A stretch of DNA of 64,000 nucleotides from Podarcis liolepis. Its lineage: Eukaryota. This document shows, in pieces, positions 1 through 14,477 of this stretch (its first letter is position 1; each line of letters starts with the position of its first letter). The DNA lies in assembly GCA_965112155.1 (NCBI GenBank), contig OZ218102.1; one strand, written 5' to 3'. Under the pieces are notes generated by a model. The model was not told where the DNA came from. It ran no database searches and worked only from the letters and a program-made list of their open reading frames with translations. The translations under genes were made by a program, and so were the position numbers.

Positions 1-420
1 TAAAACACCCAGAGATGGACATGTTCATTCTGAGATGACAAGAGCATTTAGTGCACATTAAGTAATGCTGCAATCTTATACACAATAACATGAGAGTAAG
101 CTTCATTGAACACAGTAGGACTTGCTTTCAAGCAATCATGCAGAGGACTGCACTGCAAGCATAGTAGCAGCAAAACGCCTGAAATATTCCTCTTTCAGGG
201 CTATTATCTGCCTTCTTCCAAGCAGGAAATATTAGGGTTCAAGACACCAGGAAAATAAAGCTTTCCTTTAAAATTAAAACCATGCATTTCAATATAGATA
301 TCGTATATCGTATATATCGTATATCGTATATCTATCAAGTACCAACAGTAATGTGAGATTAGACAGACTGGATTAATATATGACACCAGTTTTAAAGACA
401 GTCTAATTCTGGAAACACTC

Positions 421-658
421 AGAGCCAGTGTGGTGTAGAGGTTAAGAGCGGTAGACTTGTAATCTGGGGAACCGGGTTTGCGTCTCCGCTCCTCCACATG
501 CAGCTGCTGGATTACCTTGGGTTAGTCACACTTCTGTGAAGTCTCTCAGCCTCACTCACCTCACAGAGTGTTTGTTGTGGGGGAGGAAGGGAAAGGAGAT
601 TGTGAGCCACTTTGAGACTCCTTAGGGTAGTGATAAAGCAGGACATCAAATCCAAAAT
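421..658 (+). mobile_element. tRNA-derived SINE (Squam3-like)
   Basis: tRNA-like head (TGGTGTAGAGGTTAAGAGC...GGTTTGCGTCTCC); closely similar to the copy at 2692-2936. Confidence 0.8.
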
Positions 659-2691
659 CCATCACAATAAATTCAGAATGTACCTTCCTCGCCTTTGCTT
701 CTACTTAAGAAAAACAACCATTTCTTGGCTTCCTAAACTCCAGCTACAGCCGTTCAGCTCTGAAGAGTCTATGACTCAGCAAAGAGGTCTGCATTTATTA
801 TTTCAGATGGAATTTACCAACATGTTAGCACAGTATAGGGAAGCTTTGCTGCCACTATCCATTGCTAAACTGTCTGTCTGAGACAGCCTTGCTAGTCTCT
901 TCCCCCATCTATGTTACTATATGAAAACTGGGGAAGATGGTATTTATTCAGCAAATATCAGGTAAAAACAGCTCAAAATAAAGACCAATTGAGGGAATAA
1001 TATATCAGCATCACCTACTGTGGATTTGGAGATAAAGGAAACAAAGAGACAATTCAGGGGGAAGGAGGGATTTAAAGAATCTGTGCTAATTTGCTAACTG
1101 GCCAAAATCAACCAGAGAGAGATGGTGGTCCATTCCACCCTAAAATCAGGTCTGCATGTAATGCTAAATCATCATTTATCATGGCAAGGATGAGGTGCCA
1201 CAGGGCTTCTATGATCCCTGCTCCTCCTATGGTGAAGTCACAAGGAGATGTTTTGAAGCTTTCACTTGTGTTTTAGCTTAACCACAGCTTACGTTCTTAC
1301 ATTGTCTGAAACTCAAAAACTGGAGTTAATTTTAACTACGGATGGACAAATCACTCTATTTCACATTTGTTCCTTTGTAAGTCAGTTCTGTCCTGCTGCC
1401 GCATTAATCTGAAATTGAGGGGGGTCTGCACAAAAATTCTTACTTATTTAAGACATTTGCATACCACTGAATCATTAGCATTTCCAAGCAGTGTACATAA
1501 AAATAAACTGCTCAGAGAATAAAACAAAAAGTCATCATAATATGCTATTTTACCACTTATTGCCACAAGATGTGAATTTAAATATGCATTTCATCTCAGC
1601 GTTCATCTTGATTTATTTTTATTTTTTATTTTTTAAAAAACACACACTATCTAACACATGTGGATGTGCTTTTGAGCAGAGAGCAGCAAATTTTGGAGAA
1701 GTGTGAAATCAAGTAGGAGGCAATTTTTCACACAAGGGGACTTCCTCTTCCAGCATCTCCTCAATTTCTGCTCCAGAAGGTCCTCCCATCTGCAGCAGAT
1801 TTCAAGGGTGCCCAGGGGGCTGCAATGAAAAGGAGAGGAGGAGGAAGCTCTGTTGTGCAAGTGGAAGTCTGTTGTGCAAGCAAAATGGCAGCACTGGTCA
1901 TGGCCCTTTGCAAGTAAAAGAACAGAAGGATGGAAACTTTTGATAAGAGCAGCATGAGGCTGTCATCCTCTGTAGCACTATTAAAATGGAAAGAGAAGAG
2001 ACAGAAGGAACATTTTCCCCCTGTAGGTGGAAAAGCAGACTTGTGTCTAGCGTGTCCTTCAAATCCTCGCTGCCCTGAAACTATTTCCAGTTACTATGTA
2101 ACATCTTGACAAGGATGAAAACTCAGGAATGAGGCAAAGGGTTTCTCTTCTTGTTTGCTCTGGACTACATACATGTAACTAAACTTCAGCCCAAAACACA
2201 ACCTGTTTCAACACAATTCAACAGAAATGGTGTTAAAAGCAAGCCCATCAGGCCCAAAAAATGAAACTGAGGTCACACCCACACCAGACATTTAAAGTGC
2301 TCCTTTGTCACTTTAACACACAAACATCACACAGTCCCCAAGCAGGACAACACTTGAAATGAACAACATCATCCATCCCTTGCCACTTCCCCATTGGATA
2401 CTTTCCACCTAAACCATGTATCTTCAACCTTTTCAGATCCAGGACCAACTTTTAATCGAAACATGCATTTGGGGACCCATTTCTTAACCCCTTGCCATAT
2501 ATTTGCATGGTGGTAGTGCTCTACCTTTGATCACCAGCAGAAGAACAGTGACCCAGACATAATTGGAGTAGTACGAGTACAGACCACAGGGAGAAGCTCC
2601 CACATTACTATGGCAATATATGAACTTGGCCAAAACCATAACTGCTTATAGTCCTGTTATGACGCCATCCTCTCACTTGAGAAACTCAAGT

Positions 2692-2936
2692 GGAACCAGT
2701 GTGGTGTAGTGGTTAAGAGCGGTAGACTCGTAATCTGGTGAACCGGGTTTGCGTCCCCACTCCTCCACATGCAGCTGCTGGGTGACCTTGGGCCAGTCAC
2801 ACTTCTGTGAAGTCTCTCAGCCCCACTCACCTCACAGAGTGTTTGTTGTGGGGGAAGAAGGGAAAGGAGAATGTTAGCCATTTTGAGTCTCCTTCGGATA
2901 GTGATAAAGCGGGATATCAAATCCAAACTCTTCTTC
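2692..2936 (+). mobile_element. tRNA-derived SINE (Squam3-like)
   Basis: Second copy of the element at 421; ends in a (CTT)n tail. Confidence 0.8.
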
Positions 2937-3978
2937 ATGTGACCCTTTTGCATTCTGGGTAGTACTGCATATAAAATGCTACATTCCAGTGTCACACTAC
3001 CAAAGTTAATTATTTCTTGATTGAACATTCAGGTGCATCCGTTTTTCTTTCTTTTTTTTCAATTCTACAAACAGGAAGTTGCTCTAATACTGAGGCAGAT
3101 AACTTTTTCATGTAGCTCAGTACTGTACTGTCTACACTGATGGGTGGAGGTACTCAGGGCATATTCCCAGGTCTACCCAGAGATGTTAGGAATTGAACTT
3201 GAGACCTTTTGCAGGTAAAACATGTCTTCTACCACTGAACTATGACCCTTCCTAATACAAAAGCAAGCCATTGTTATACCATCAGCTAATCAAGCCATAG
3301 CCCTCATTTTATGATTGCATAAAAGTTGTCAAATGTGGCTCTGTAGAAGTCTAATTTTGGCGACATTTGAAAATCTTGCAGGTTTGTTACAGCTGAAGCC
3401 ATGATTAAATTGGTGGCTGCCTTAATATGCCACAAGATTCTTGGCCATTCTTGATGTACAACACATACACATGGCTATCCCTCTGTGGGTAACTGCCATT
3501 TTGAATGTCTTTAATATTGAGGTAGGAACACCACCACAAATGTAAACTTCAATAAGACTCAGAGGCAGGGGGAATAAGACACCTGCAGCTCTCTTGCATG
3601 TGCAATCTGATTTAAGGATTTCTTCACATCTCCTCTTTCCCCGAGGCTGCCTGTCTCTCCCACTGCAAAGCATTAGCATTTCTCAAAATCAGCAGTTTGT
3701 CTTTACAATGACCCATGTCAGCGAGGACGAGCAGAGATGAAAGGTGTATGCTGCAGGGCATGAAAGGCAGGCCCAGGGCAGGGAAGAAAGTCCTTTGACT
3801 ATATATGGAACAGTACAAACAGAACAGCTACTAGCCAGAGGCTTCTGAACATGATAGACTTCAGTGACGCCAAAGCACAGCCATCTACATCCTGTTGTGG
3901 AGGACAGATGCAGTTTTCTGTTTCTTCTGGTTGCATGAGAATGGCATGTATGTGTGTGCTTTTCTCCTTCAGTATTCC

Positions 3979-4326
3979 TGAAGAGCGTCTCTACACCCAT
4001 CATTCTTCCTGGACACTGAGGTCCAGCGCCGAGGGCCTTCTGGCGGTTCCCTCACTGTGAGAAGTGAGGTTACAGGGAACCAGGCAGAGGTCCTTCTCGG
4101 AAGTGGTGCCCACCCTGTGGAATGCCCTTCCATCAGATGTCAAGGAAATAAACAACTACCAGACTTTTAGAAGACATCTGAAGGCAGCCCTGTTTAGAGA
4201 AGTATTTAATGACTGATGTTTTAGCGTGTTTCTAATATTCTGTTGGGAGCTGCCCAGAGTGGCTGGGGAAACCCAGTCAGATGGGTGGGGTATAAATAAT
4301 AAATTTATTATCATTATTATTATTAT
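3979..4326 (+). mobile_element. L2-clade LINE 3' end
   Basis: Degenerate ORF2 end (FSEVVPTLWNALP...FRRHLKAALF), then GCCCAGAGTGGCTGGGGAAACCCAG and an (ATT)n tail. The same tail recurs at about 11050-11120, 24310-24430 and 32620-32679. Confidence 0.75.
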
Positions 4327-4371
4327 TCTGTTGCATTACTGTTATCTGAGCAGGTAGGACTACTGTTATTA

Positions 4372-4567
4372 GAGGAGCACAGGAAGCTTCCTTATACCAA
4401 GTTAGGCAAATTGGTCCATTTATCTTAGTACCAAGGACAGTTACTAGTGGAATCTCTCCAGGGTTTCAGGCAACAGCATTTTCCAGCCCTACCTGGAGAC
4501 ACCAGAGACTAAACCTGGGACCTTTCGTGCAAAGTATGTGCTCTACAAATGAGCAATAGTCCTTCCC
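4372..4567 (-). mobile_element. tRNA-derived SINE of a second, older family
   Basis: Minus strand begins with a tRNA-like head (GCTCA.TTGTAGAGCA...GGTCCCAGGTT). Related copies at about 3085-3252, 13440-13612, 13858-14068, 52108-52262 (-) and 30395-30550 (+). Confidence 0.6.
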
Positions 4568-5732
4568 TGATCCTTCTTGTCTTTTAATAACATCCTTCAT
4601 CCTGCTAATTAGAAGTGCTTGCAACGGGGCTAAGGGAAAATAAGACTCAGTTCTCTTACAGGATTGTTGTATATTTGAGGGATAAAGTATGTGTAACACT
4701 TTCAGCGTTAGCATACAAAGCTAAGTGTAAGTGTTACTATTGTCTCAGCTCACTAGACTGCAAAAGGATTCCCTTATTTGAGGTAGCACAGCTTCAAAGA
4801 GCAAGGCATCCCTCTCTCTTTCTCTCTCTCTCTGAATTCTGATACGCAGCCCTAATTTATCTTTTAATATGCTCCTAACAATCTCATGTGTATATTTTCG
4901 GGGTGGGATGATCTCATATGCAATATTTCTGCAGCAATATGGTCTCTCATCAGTTAAACCTTTCAGTTTACGCCACAATCCAGCACTGCTGTGCATTGCA
5001 ATCCAATGCATGCTTACTATATGAGTTCAGCGGCACTTGCTCTCGAGTAAGTGTGGGTATGATTTCAGCTTTAAGTTTTCTGTAATCAATGGGCTTAAGC
5101 ACTCTTAATACTCTGTCATGGAATGAATCAGTTGGAAGAGAACATATGCATAGTTAAAGCAATATCATTTGTCATAGCTGCATACATGAGATGCATTCAA
5201 AACTGTTTAGATGGCTACACCTCATATTTGTGACTAGGTTGAAAGAGGAGCAACACTTAATAAAAGCCTTGCTGGATCTGACTAAAGGCCTATCCAAGCA
5301 AACTGCATAGTTTTAGCTACGCACAGGGTGAAGAAGGGCTTCCTTGCCCATCCTTAACCTTCCAGCATTCAGTTTCATTACATGGCCCTAGGTTCCAATA
5401 TTATGAGACAGGGAGAAAAATGTTGCCCTATCAACTTTCTTCACACCCCGCCTAATTTTACACAAATCTATTAGATCTCCCTTACTTGCACTTTCTCTAA
5501 GTTTGAAAAGCCCCCGGAATCATAACCTTTCCTCATAGGGGAATTACTCCATGATCATTGCGGTTAACCTTTTTTGCTCTTCAGCCCCCATATATTCTTT
5601 TTGAGATACAGCAATCTGAACTAGGTTGCAGGTTGATCCCCATAGGGGCATATTCCTGCATTGCCGAAATGGACTAGAAGACCACCAGTACCCCGTCCAA
5701 CTCTCCAGTTCTATGATTCTATAACAAAATTG

Positions 5733-6125
5733 TAGGGTTGCCAAAGTCCGGGATTTCCTGGACATGAACTCTTTTGGGGGGGGGGCAGCACACCCATCCA
5801 GGCGGATTTTTTGCATTTTTCATAGATTGACTGGGTTTTTAAATTTTATTTTTATTTTTCTTTGTGGGGCATGCACATGCCCAGAAGGCGCTGTGCCCCA
5901 GAACACAAAACACTGCATCAGGTGGCCTTCCTGGGGCTGCGCTAGGCCCTGCACTGCTCCTGGTGGCTGGCAGGCCGGGTGCGGCCTTCATGAAGCTGAG
6001 CAAGGCCTCTTGCCAATTTTGGGCGGTCGCCAGACCTGGCATGACATTCCCAGGGCTGGGCAAAGGTAAGGAGGGGGCAAGCAGGCAAGGAAGGGGTTTT
6101 TGCCCTTCAGAATATGGCAACCCTG
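5733..6125. mobile_element. Non-autonomous hAT element
   Basis: TIRs TAGGGTTGCCA / TGGCAACCCTG; 8-bp TSD CAAAATTG / CAATATTG. Confidence 0.75.
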
Positions 6126-7071
6126 CAATATTGGCACTTCTGTTTTCAATCCATTTCATGGCTATATTCAATTTATTCATTCTTCCCACCCTTCCCCACC
6201 CCACCTAGTACCATTTAAGAACTGCATTCTTTTCTTTAAATCTGAGACCGGGAACAAAAGCTCGCAAAACAAATAGAGACCATTTTGCCTTTGCAGTGGC
6301 AGGAAAAATAACATCACTGAATATTTAAAGCCTTCCCCATCTGAATGGCTGCAGTTGCTAGGAAACATAACCATGTATGCGGAAGTATCCTGCTCCTGTG
6401 TGCGGCATTGTGCTTTTCAATGAGGATGCCTTTGCATATATTTTAGAGAATGGGCTGGATGGCAACTGTTCGGCTCAGAACATGCAGGAGTTTAAATTGC
6501 ACAACGCACAAGATTGCACCAGGAAAACCTGAGATAAGGAACACTGTGCTTGGCAAAAGAGTCCCTTGGGTACAGTTCTATAACTATCTAATAAGAGCAA
6601 TAAACATTGTGACTTTCTTTCTTTTTCAAACACTAGTCTGCACCATACCTAGAACTTTGGCCGCTAATAACATGACATATTTTATTTTATATAAAAAGTA
6701 GCAATTAAGGCTGCAGTTCTATACTCACCTGTGTAAGGATATGGCAAGTCCCCAACCGCTTGTCCAAGCACAAACAATACCTTTACCCAGAGAATATCAG
6801 CTCATTCCCTGGGATGCCCAAAGTGTAAAGTGGGGAATGTTTTTCCAACCGAGGTCCATATTTCCACCTGGGCAAGACTGCAGGGACCACATACCAGCGA
6901 TGTGCAGGGCCAGAGACAAGAGTGGGCAGAACAAGAAATGCAAATGCTATCTTTGTACACTACTTTCTGCACGCACACACCCTTTCTATCCCCCATTCAG
7001 GCAACCAAAAGAGTCACAATCAGAGTTCAAAGACACATTCCAGCCAGGAAAAAACAAACTTGAGCTCAAGC

Positions 7072-7394
7072 CAGGGCTGGATTTAGGTCTGATGAGGCCC
7101 TAAGCTATATGTCCAGCTGTCCTTTGTCAACAACAAATTGTCACTGTTTTTTGTGTTGAATATATGCTATATGGTAATTTCTGGACCTAATAGGTATCTA
7201 AAGCCATGTGCACATAACACATAGGAGCCTACACAACACAAAACATAGTTGCTGTATGTAGGTTTTATTTTATTTTTTATCTTATATTTTGGAAATGTAC
7301 ATCCAGTTTTTTTTCCTTTAATTTTTTTTTGGGGGGGCCCAAGAGTGGGGCCCTAAGCTATAGCTTGTTTAGCTTATACATAAATCCGGCACTA
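7072..7394. mobile_element. hAT MITE
   Basis: TIRs CAGGGCTGGATTTA / TAAATCCGGCACTA; perfect 8-bp TSD GCTCAAGC (7064-71, 7395-7402). Confidence 0.85.
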
Positions 7395-7462
7395 GCTCAA
7401 GCCACACCATTCAGTACAACACAGCTCTGACGCTTTTAAGCTCCCAGTAACCCCCTCTTAGA

Positions 7463-7843
7463 GGGACGCGGGTGGCGCTGTGGTCTGAACCACTGAGCCT
7501 CTTGGACTTGCCGATCAGAAGGTTGGCGGTTCGAATCCCCATGATGGGGTGAGCTCCCATTGCTTGGCCCCATCTCCTGCCAACCTAGCAGTTCAAAAGC
7601 ACACCAAAAAGTGCAAGTAGATAAATAGGTACCACTCGGGCGGGAAGGTAAACTGCGTTTTACCAGAGCAGGTTTCGGTGTTCTGTTGCACAAGAAGCAG
7701 CTTAGTCATGCTGGCCACACGACCTGGAAAAACTGTCTGTGGACAAACGCCGACTCCCTTGGCCTGTAAAACGAGATGAGCGCCAAACCCCAGAGTCGTC
7801 TGTGACTGGACTTAACTGTCAGGGATCCTTTACCTTTACCTTT
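7463..7843 (+). mobile_element. Sauria SINE, full length
   Basis: GGGACGCGGGTGGCGCTG head, GGTTCGAATCCC B box, (ACCTTT)n tail; TSD TAACCCCCTCTTA / TAACTCCCTCTTA. Confidence 0.9.
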
Positions 7844-10778
7844 TTAACTCCCTCTTATTATAACTACAAGCCAGTGGGTGGTATCTGCCATCATGAACAC
7901 AAAAAAGTACAAAGGGCAGTTTCAGTCTTTTCAAATGTTTTTTTGTAGGGAGCCCAAACCCAGCAAACATCCCTAGCACATGTTCTTGAGCATACAGTAG
8001 TATATGAGCAAACATCCCTGGTGTCCCATAAAGGATGCAGGCAGTGTCTGGACCTCATACTTGTTTGCATCCCACACTAGGAGTGCAGAATGGATGCTGC
8101 TATGCATGGCATCCCCATAGCCATCCATTGTCAGCTGTCTTGTAGAAACCTGAGCCACTGTCAGTAGATGATTAAAAAGAGTTATTTCACAACTGAAATT
8201 CATTCCCAGAGATAGGGCAGCTTTTCCCCCCCAGGTGTAGTTAATTGCCAAAAAAATAACAAGATTCTGTCTGGGAACAGTAACTTATCGCAGAATGGCT
8301 CCAATTAGCTGATAACATCCAAGGTCATTATAACAAAGAAGGCCTGAAAAAGCCCATGGACCTGTGGAAAGTTTCCTGAGAGCAAACTTATCTAAAAAGT
8401 GATGAGCCCTTTTCTCCTAGATATAATTGGTTGGTTGCTCCTGCTGGGGACGAGGAAGGGCGTAAGGCAGTGTTTTTGAAGCAGTGGGCCAGGATTCACC
8501 TGGGCACTTTCAGGTGGGCTGTGGTGCCTCTTCACCTGTCTGCCCTGCTGCCTACATATGCCCATAACCTTTTGGTCAGACCAATGCTAGCACCAGCAAC
8601 TCTTTGCACACTGAATGAAAGTGGCCAGGTGACAGATGTTCAAGGGGAAAGGGAGAGGAAGGAAAGTCTTCCTCCACTGGGGGAAAAGGACCAGAGGAGG
8701 TGTTGAGGGAGATGAAAAAGTGAGAGAAAATGTTAATGTTTATAACTAACAACGTGGGAATAGAAAAGAAGGGGCTAAGAAAAGAAAGGTGTTATAGGAG
8801 GGGAAAGTGAATGTAAAAGGACCAGGAGGGGAAAATGAGGTGAGGGTATGGATAAGGTTCAAGTTGAGTGTGAAAGTAGAATGGGAAATGAATGTACAGG
8901 GGAGCACTAAAAATGCTTTTGATGGATACATGGCAGCAGGAAGGAAGAAAAAGTCTTCTCCACTTAAAGCTTCTGGATCAGCAAATTCTGCTGAAAATGG
9001 GGAGGCTGTCAAAACACCTCTTTATTTAGCTCAGGGAAACCTGAGCAGTGGAACTTCTTGCCATGAGGAAAATGCTGCAGTCAAAAAATGGAATAACATC
9101 AAAAGATAGATTAGATTTCAGTTGAAAATGATGTATGTAATTGTCAGCTGATTGTGTCAAACTTGATCTCCATCCACCACCATTTTGTGAGTGCTGGGCC
9201 TCAGTAGTTTTCAGCTGCGTCAATTGGGCCTGCAGGTAGGAACTTTGAAACGATTGGTTTAAGGTATAGTGCTGCTAGCTACAGCTATAACAATGGATAA
9301 CAATGTATGCGAAAGACACAGACACACCACGAGTCAAAAATACTTCCCTCATCCCTAAGACCCCTTCTTCACTTGACCAGTGGGTGAAAACCCTGAAAGG
9401 CTCACTAGCTGATAGCTTTGTAAAACTCTTTCACTAAATTAGCTTAATTTACTAAGCAGTACAAACTGTATTTATGTGGGTTAATTACCATTGGGCTCCT
9501 CCAGACATCCTTTTTTTAATTGAGCATTCATGATGGTTTGTGCACACGAAGCTATTTGAGCAGTCATATGCATTCTTGCTTTCAGTAGTTCATTGCACCT
9601 GCAAACGTTTTGAAGTAGTCACGCTGCTTCATTTCTAATCAATGCAAGTCCTGTAACGTTTTGCTGAAATCTAACAAAGTTTTGTACCACAAATCTTCTG
9701 GTTTCTTTTTGTCCTGGTTTTGTTGCACCACAGCTCCTCCAGACAACAACAATGGCCCCATTCACACCATATATTTAAAGCACTAGGATGCCATGTGAAA
9801 CAGCCATGGTTTTCCCCAAAGAATTCCGGAAGCTGTAGTTTGTTAAGGGTACCAGGACTTAGAGCTACAATTCCCAGGGCTCCCTGGGAAGAGGGATTGG
9901 TTATTTAAACCACTCTGGGAATTGGTGCTCTTTGCTGGAAGTCTTCATATATGGGGTGATGGAGGTGTTTCAAAGACTAATCCTAGCCCCTTTTGCACAG
10001 CAGGTTCAGCTATACATCAAACAAGAATCCTGAGACAGGTTTATAGAACTATGTATAATTCACCAGTACCCTGGCAAAATAGTGTTGATTTAAGAATTCC
10101 ACTGATCACTCTCCAGGGAGTTTGAATCACCACTCTCAGAATATCTGAATGGAAATGATAATGCCGCTAGAACTCTTACGGTTTGCAGTATCAGATACAG
10201 TGCACCAGAAATCAATCGCTCTCTGAAACTTTTGAGTTTTCTTTGCCTAGTGCAGATAATCAAATGGGTCACAGTTCATAGGGCCACTTTCTATATTATC
10301 AGGTTGTGCAGTTGTGGCTGAAAAGCTGAATGAATATTAGCAATGAAGGCTACCATTTTGATTCGGGTCGCTAATCACTGTGCCAGGAAACTACACATTA
10401 CTGGCATGGTTTCCCTGGCGCGGTTACTATCAGCACAAATCACTTGGGCAGCCCTTTGCACAGACATAAGTGCCTAAGAAGAAGGGGCTGGTGCCACAGC
10501 TCTACACTCCCTGATGCTGTGGTGATCAGTGCTGCGTGGGCAGAAACAGCTGAAAAGAAAGAAGAGGAGTCCAGTGATATATATCTCAAGTTGATCCTTT
10601 TACAATGGCTTTGTATTCTTTGTGGCATTTTATGCATTGTGACTTGCCATTATTTTTACTGATTATAGTTTAATATGCTGGTTTTTTAACTGATTATAGT
10701 TTGGTAATTCTTTATTGTAATTAATGGGTGTGGACTGTTTGATTATTATTTGCTGATGTTCAATTTTGTTGTTTACTA

Positions 10779-10914
10779 TAGGGCTGACATACGTCCAGAC
10801 ATAACCGGGATTTCAAAGGCAGAAGTGACGTCCGGGGGGTGGCACCCTGTTCTGGAACTTAGGCAAGTCAAAAAGCTCAACAACCTAACGACTTTTTGCA
10901 ATATGGCAACCCTA
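10779..10914. mobile_element. hAT MITE (TAGGG family)
   Basis: TIRs TAGGGCTGACATA / TATGGCAACCCTA; perfect 8-bp TSD GTTTACTA. Confidence 0.85.
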
Positions 10915-13900
10915 GTTTACTATTGCACTTTTGTGGATTGTTCAGTGTAGCTTTGTTTGATATAGGTTGTCTATTTTAAAGTTATTGTAACTTTTTTGTA
11001 TCAGATCAGATGGTTATTATTAATGTTTGGTGTTTTATGATGTTTTTATGTGTGTTGCAAGCCGCCCAGAGTGGCTGGGGCAACCCAGCCAGATGGGTGG
11101 GGTCTTCTTCTTCTTCTTCTTCACTGGTGTGTAAGTCCACACAGCCCTGACTTTGCTGGTTCCCTGCCCCACCCTGTCCATGTAATCAGCAGTGACACAA
11201 TGTCAGGATGTCTGATCCAAGGGGCCGCCCCATTATGCCAACTGTTTCAGAACAGCCCTGCTGGATCAGACTAGAGGACTGTCTAGTCCAGAATCCTCTT
11301 TACTACATGGCCAATTAGGTACCTGTGGAAAGCTCACCAAGCCTGCTCAACATTTCATCTTGGGTGCCTATGCAATTTGGTTTCCAGGAGGCAGCCATGT
11401 GCCAGGATAATATATGAACTGAACCTTATTGAAACAGTAATCAAAGCAGAAATGCTCTGAGTCAGTGTTGCACGGAGGCTGTGTGCATGCAGTGTAAGGT
11501 GATTTCGCGATGGCAGCTGCAAATGGATAAAAAACAAAGGCCTCCATGCTCAATGTTACATTTGATCCCTGGGGGAGCCATTTGCACTCAGCTTGTCAGG
11601 CGAAAACTCATTCAGAGTACTCAGTGGCTGGACTCACTTGGGATTTATGTCCATTTCTCAGTTGTTTCCAACACTTTTAGTTCTCCCTGAAGAGTGCTCT
11701 GCATTTCAGGGTGGAAGAAACGTGGATTTTTGAATGTGATTAGATGTTTAGAAATTGGTCCAAACTATGTTTCCATTTCAAGGGAGTCTTTGGAAATTTG
11801 AGGGTTGGATTTGAAAATATCTTTATTTTAAGGAATGCTCAGAATTAAATTAGGCAGCCATAGAAATCCTGAATGCACATCAAAAGACTAAAAGAGCATC
11901 AGGGCTGCAAATCAGTGCAGTGCTATCCACCTAAACCCTATGTGAAATCAATTAAGTTTAAACATGCAAAACGGTACTGGGTTATGGTCTACTGAGTGCA
12001 ATCCACCAGCAGTAGTGCTGTGTAAGCCCCAGCCAATGGACTGGGTTCAAACCAGTGTGCATTCTGTAGACATGAACTAAGACCATGGAAAAGAAATTGG
12101 TGCACTGCACTTTCATTTTCATAGATTGCACTGCAGAAGCAGAGCTTTATTTGTAATTCAAAAATTGGTTAATTATGGCATTGGGCTGGATCCAGACTAA
12201 ATAAGCTGAACCGAGTGAAATCAGTGGGACTCAAGTGAAGTCAAGACTGGCAGTAGGAACTATTCAGAAGTAGGTCCTATTGAATTAAGTGGGGCTTAGT
12301 CCCAGGTAAGTGAGGATAGGCTTGCCGCCCAAGCAGTCCCGTTGATTTCAATCCACTGTAACCGGTAATTAATAATCTGAAAAATTGTGTCAAAGTTAGC
12401 TGAAACCCGCATTTAACAAATTAGGAAGACGGCCAATAGGCCTTGAGCTTATTGCTGTTGCTTTTACCCAGAGCTAAACAGAATGGTGCTGAGGAAGATT
12501 TGAATGTGGCAATGTGATCTGCCTCTTCCTTACTTTCAGCAGGCTACAGTTGTGACCTCAGAGCTGCCCATTTCAACCAACCTCTGAAAGGACGAGTGTG
12601 GACCATGGGTTGGGTGAAATTAATTGGCCATTGTCAATGGGACAAATTTATATGACATAGGTGGCCATTAATTTCAATAGGATGCATGTACAACTAGCAA
12701 CACAATCCTATGCATGTTGGGAAATAAATGTTCTTCAAAGTGATGCTGCACACCACTGCTGGCTATAACTCTCTACAACTACAAGTTCAATAAACCCTAG
12801 ATAATCGTAATAAAACAAAAAATGAGATTCTTTTAATGTGCTCTCAGCGTCTCATAAAGTTCTGTGCTAATGAAAAAGCATGACATACTTTGCATATTAA
12901 TAAAAGTTGTAGGCTTGTGAATTGCTTATTTAATGAGTTCATTTTTTAAAAGAAAAGGTTGAGATTATTTTATAAGTGATAAAAATAAATAAATGAACAG
13001 AGCAGTAAACTGTCTGGTTTTACAAGAACCAAATTATATAGGGTTTTGCATATAACCATATTTAGCCTCTTAATATTGATCTTTTATTTTTGTAGCAGTG
13101 TTACACAGAAGAGGACTTCCATAATGGCCCAGACATATGAACCACTTTGCTCTGATGGCATTTGTTGTCCTTGGAAGCCACTGTGGCCTGAACAAAGCTC
13201 TGCAGGCCCTATCTGAAATGAAAATAAGGGAGGAGGAAAAATACATTTCTCTTGGGGAGAATGGGCAGGCTCCATGCACAAATAGTTCCAGTTTAGCTCA
13301 GCTGCAACAGCACTAGCCAGTGGTGTCATCAGAGTAGGACCTTGGAGCAGAAGAAGCAGGGCAGAATCAGGAAAAGGTCCCTAAATGTAACAGATCTGGC
13401 TTAGCATATTTTTTAAGTAAGTAAACTAATACACATCACATAGGAACATGGAAATCTGTCTTATATTGAATCAGACCGCTGGTCCATGGAGTTCAGTATT
13501 GTCTACAGTGGCTGGCAATAGCTCTCCAGGGTTTCAGACACGACCTAGGGATTGAGCCTGGGACCTTCTGCACACCATGCAAATTGCTCTGCCACTGAGC
13601 TACAGCTATTGCCATCTAAAGAAGGTATGCCTGGAAGCCCATTAAGTCTAGTATCTTAAGCTTTCCTATCTGCACCAAAGGTCATAGTCGTTATTTGCTC
13701 GCTCTCAGATTTAGTACCTAACCAAATGCCAAACCCACTAATGGAAATAATTCCTTTTGGATCTATTGGTCTGACTTCCAAGTATACCAGTCAGCTCGTC
13801 AACACAACTCAGCCTGGATCAAGCAGACCTGTGCTGCAACAGAATGGGCTAAGCACCGGGGAACCGAGGAAGCTGCTTTATACAAAGTCAGACCATTGAG

Positions 13901-14258
13901 CTCCTTCAGTCAGAACACTGATCCATCTACTTCAGTATTGTCCACAGGGCTTGCAATGGCTTCCCAAGTTTTTAGATGGGGGTCATCCCCAGCCCTACAT
14001 GAAGAGGCTAGTGATGGAACCTAGGCGCTTTCCTATGCAAAACAGGTAATCTGCCTCTGAGCTATGGCCAAGTATTAGCTGGAGCACTTCCATCCATCTC
14101 AGCTGATCTGCTGAGAGCACAGTTCCCTGCTTTTTTGAACGGGCTGTGTTATTGGCCAAAGTAGGCTTAGATGGGAGGAAGAAGGCATGTATGGCCTCAT
14201 CCACACATCATATCATTACAGCAAGAAAAAAAACACACACACACCTAATTCTGTAATT

Positions 14259-14477
14259 TAGGGTTGCCATATTTCAAAAAGTGAAAATCTGGACATGAAA
14301 ATTTAAGTTTTAAACTTTTTTAAAAAGGGAAATCACCCCAAAAAATAACACTTGTGATATGGGCTGTCATACGCTGGGTTTCCCCGGACATTATAGCTGT
14401 TTCCTGAAAATTCTACCCGGATGCCATTTTTGACAGACGAAGCCTGTCTGGGAAATTCCAGACGTATGGCAGCTCTA
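14259..14477. mobile_element. hAT MITE (TAGGG family)
   Basis: TIRs TAGGGTTGCCATA / TATGGCAGCTCTA; TSD CTGTAATT / CTGTAATC. Confidence 0.8.

Noticed and set aside
294-333. TATCGTATA iterations
   Set aside because: Short degenerate AT microsatellite with no further structure.
7463-7545. tRNA genes (also at 421, 2692, 21517, 30400)
   Set aside because: A/B boxes belong to SINE heads and continue into SINE bodies; no cloverleaf with a terminator.
11684-11726. Second hammerhead-like motif (CTGAAGA...GAAACGTGGA)
   Set aside because: Stem II is poor and there is no valid UH cleavage site; at best a dead Penelope remnant.
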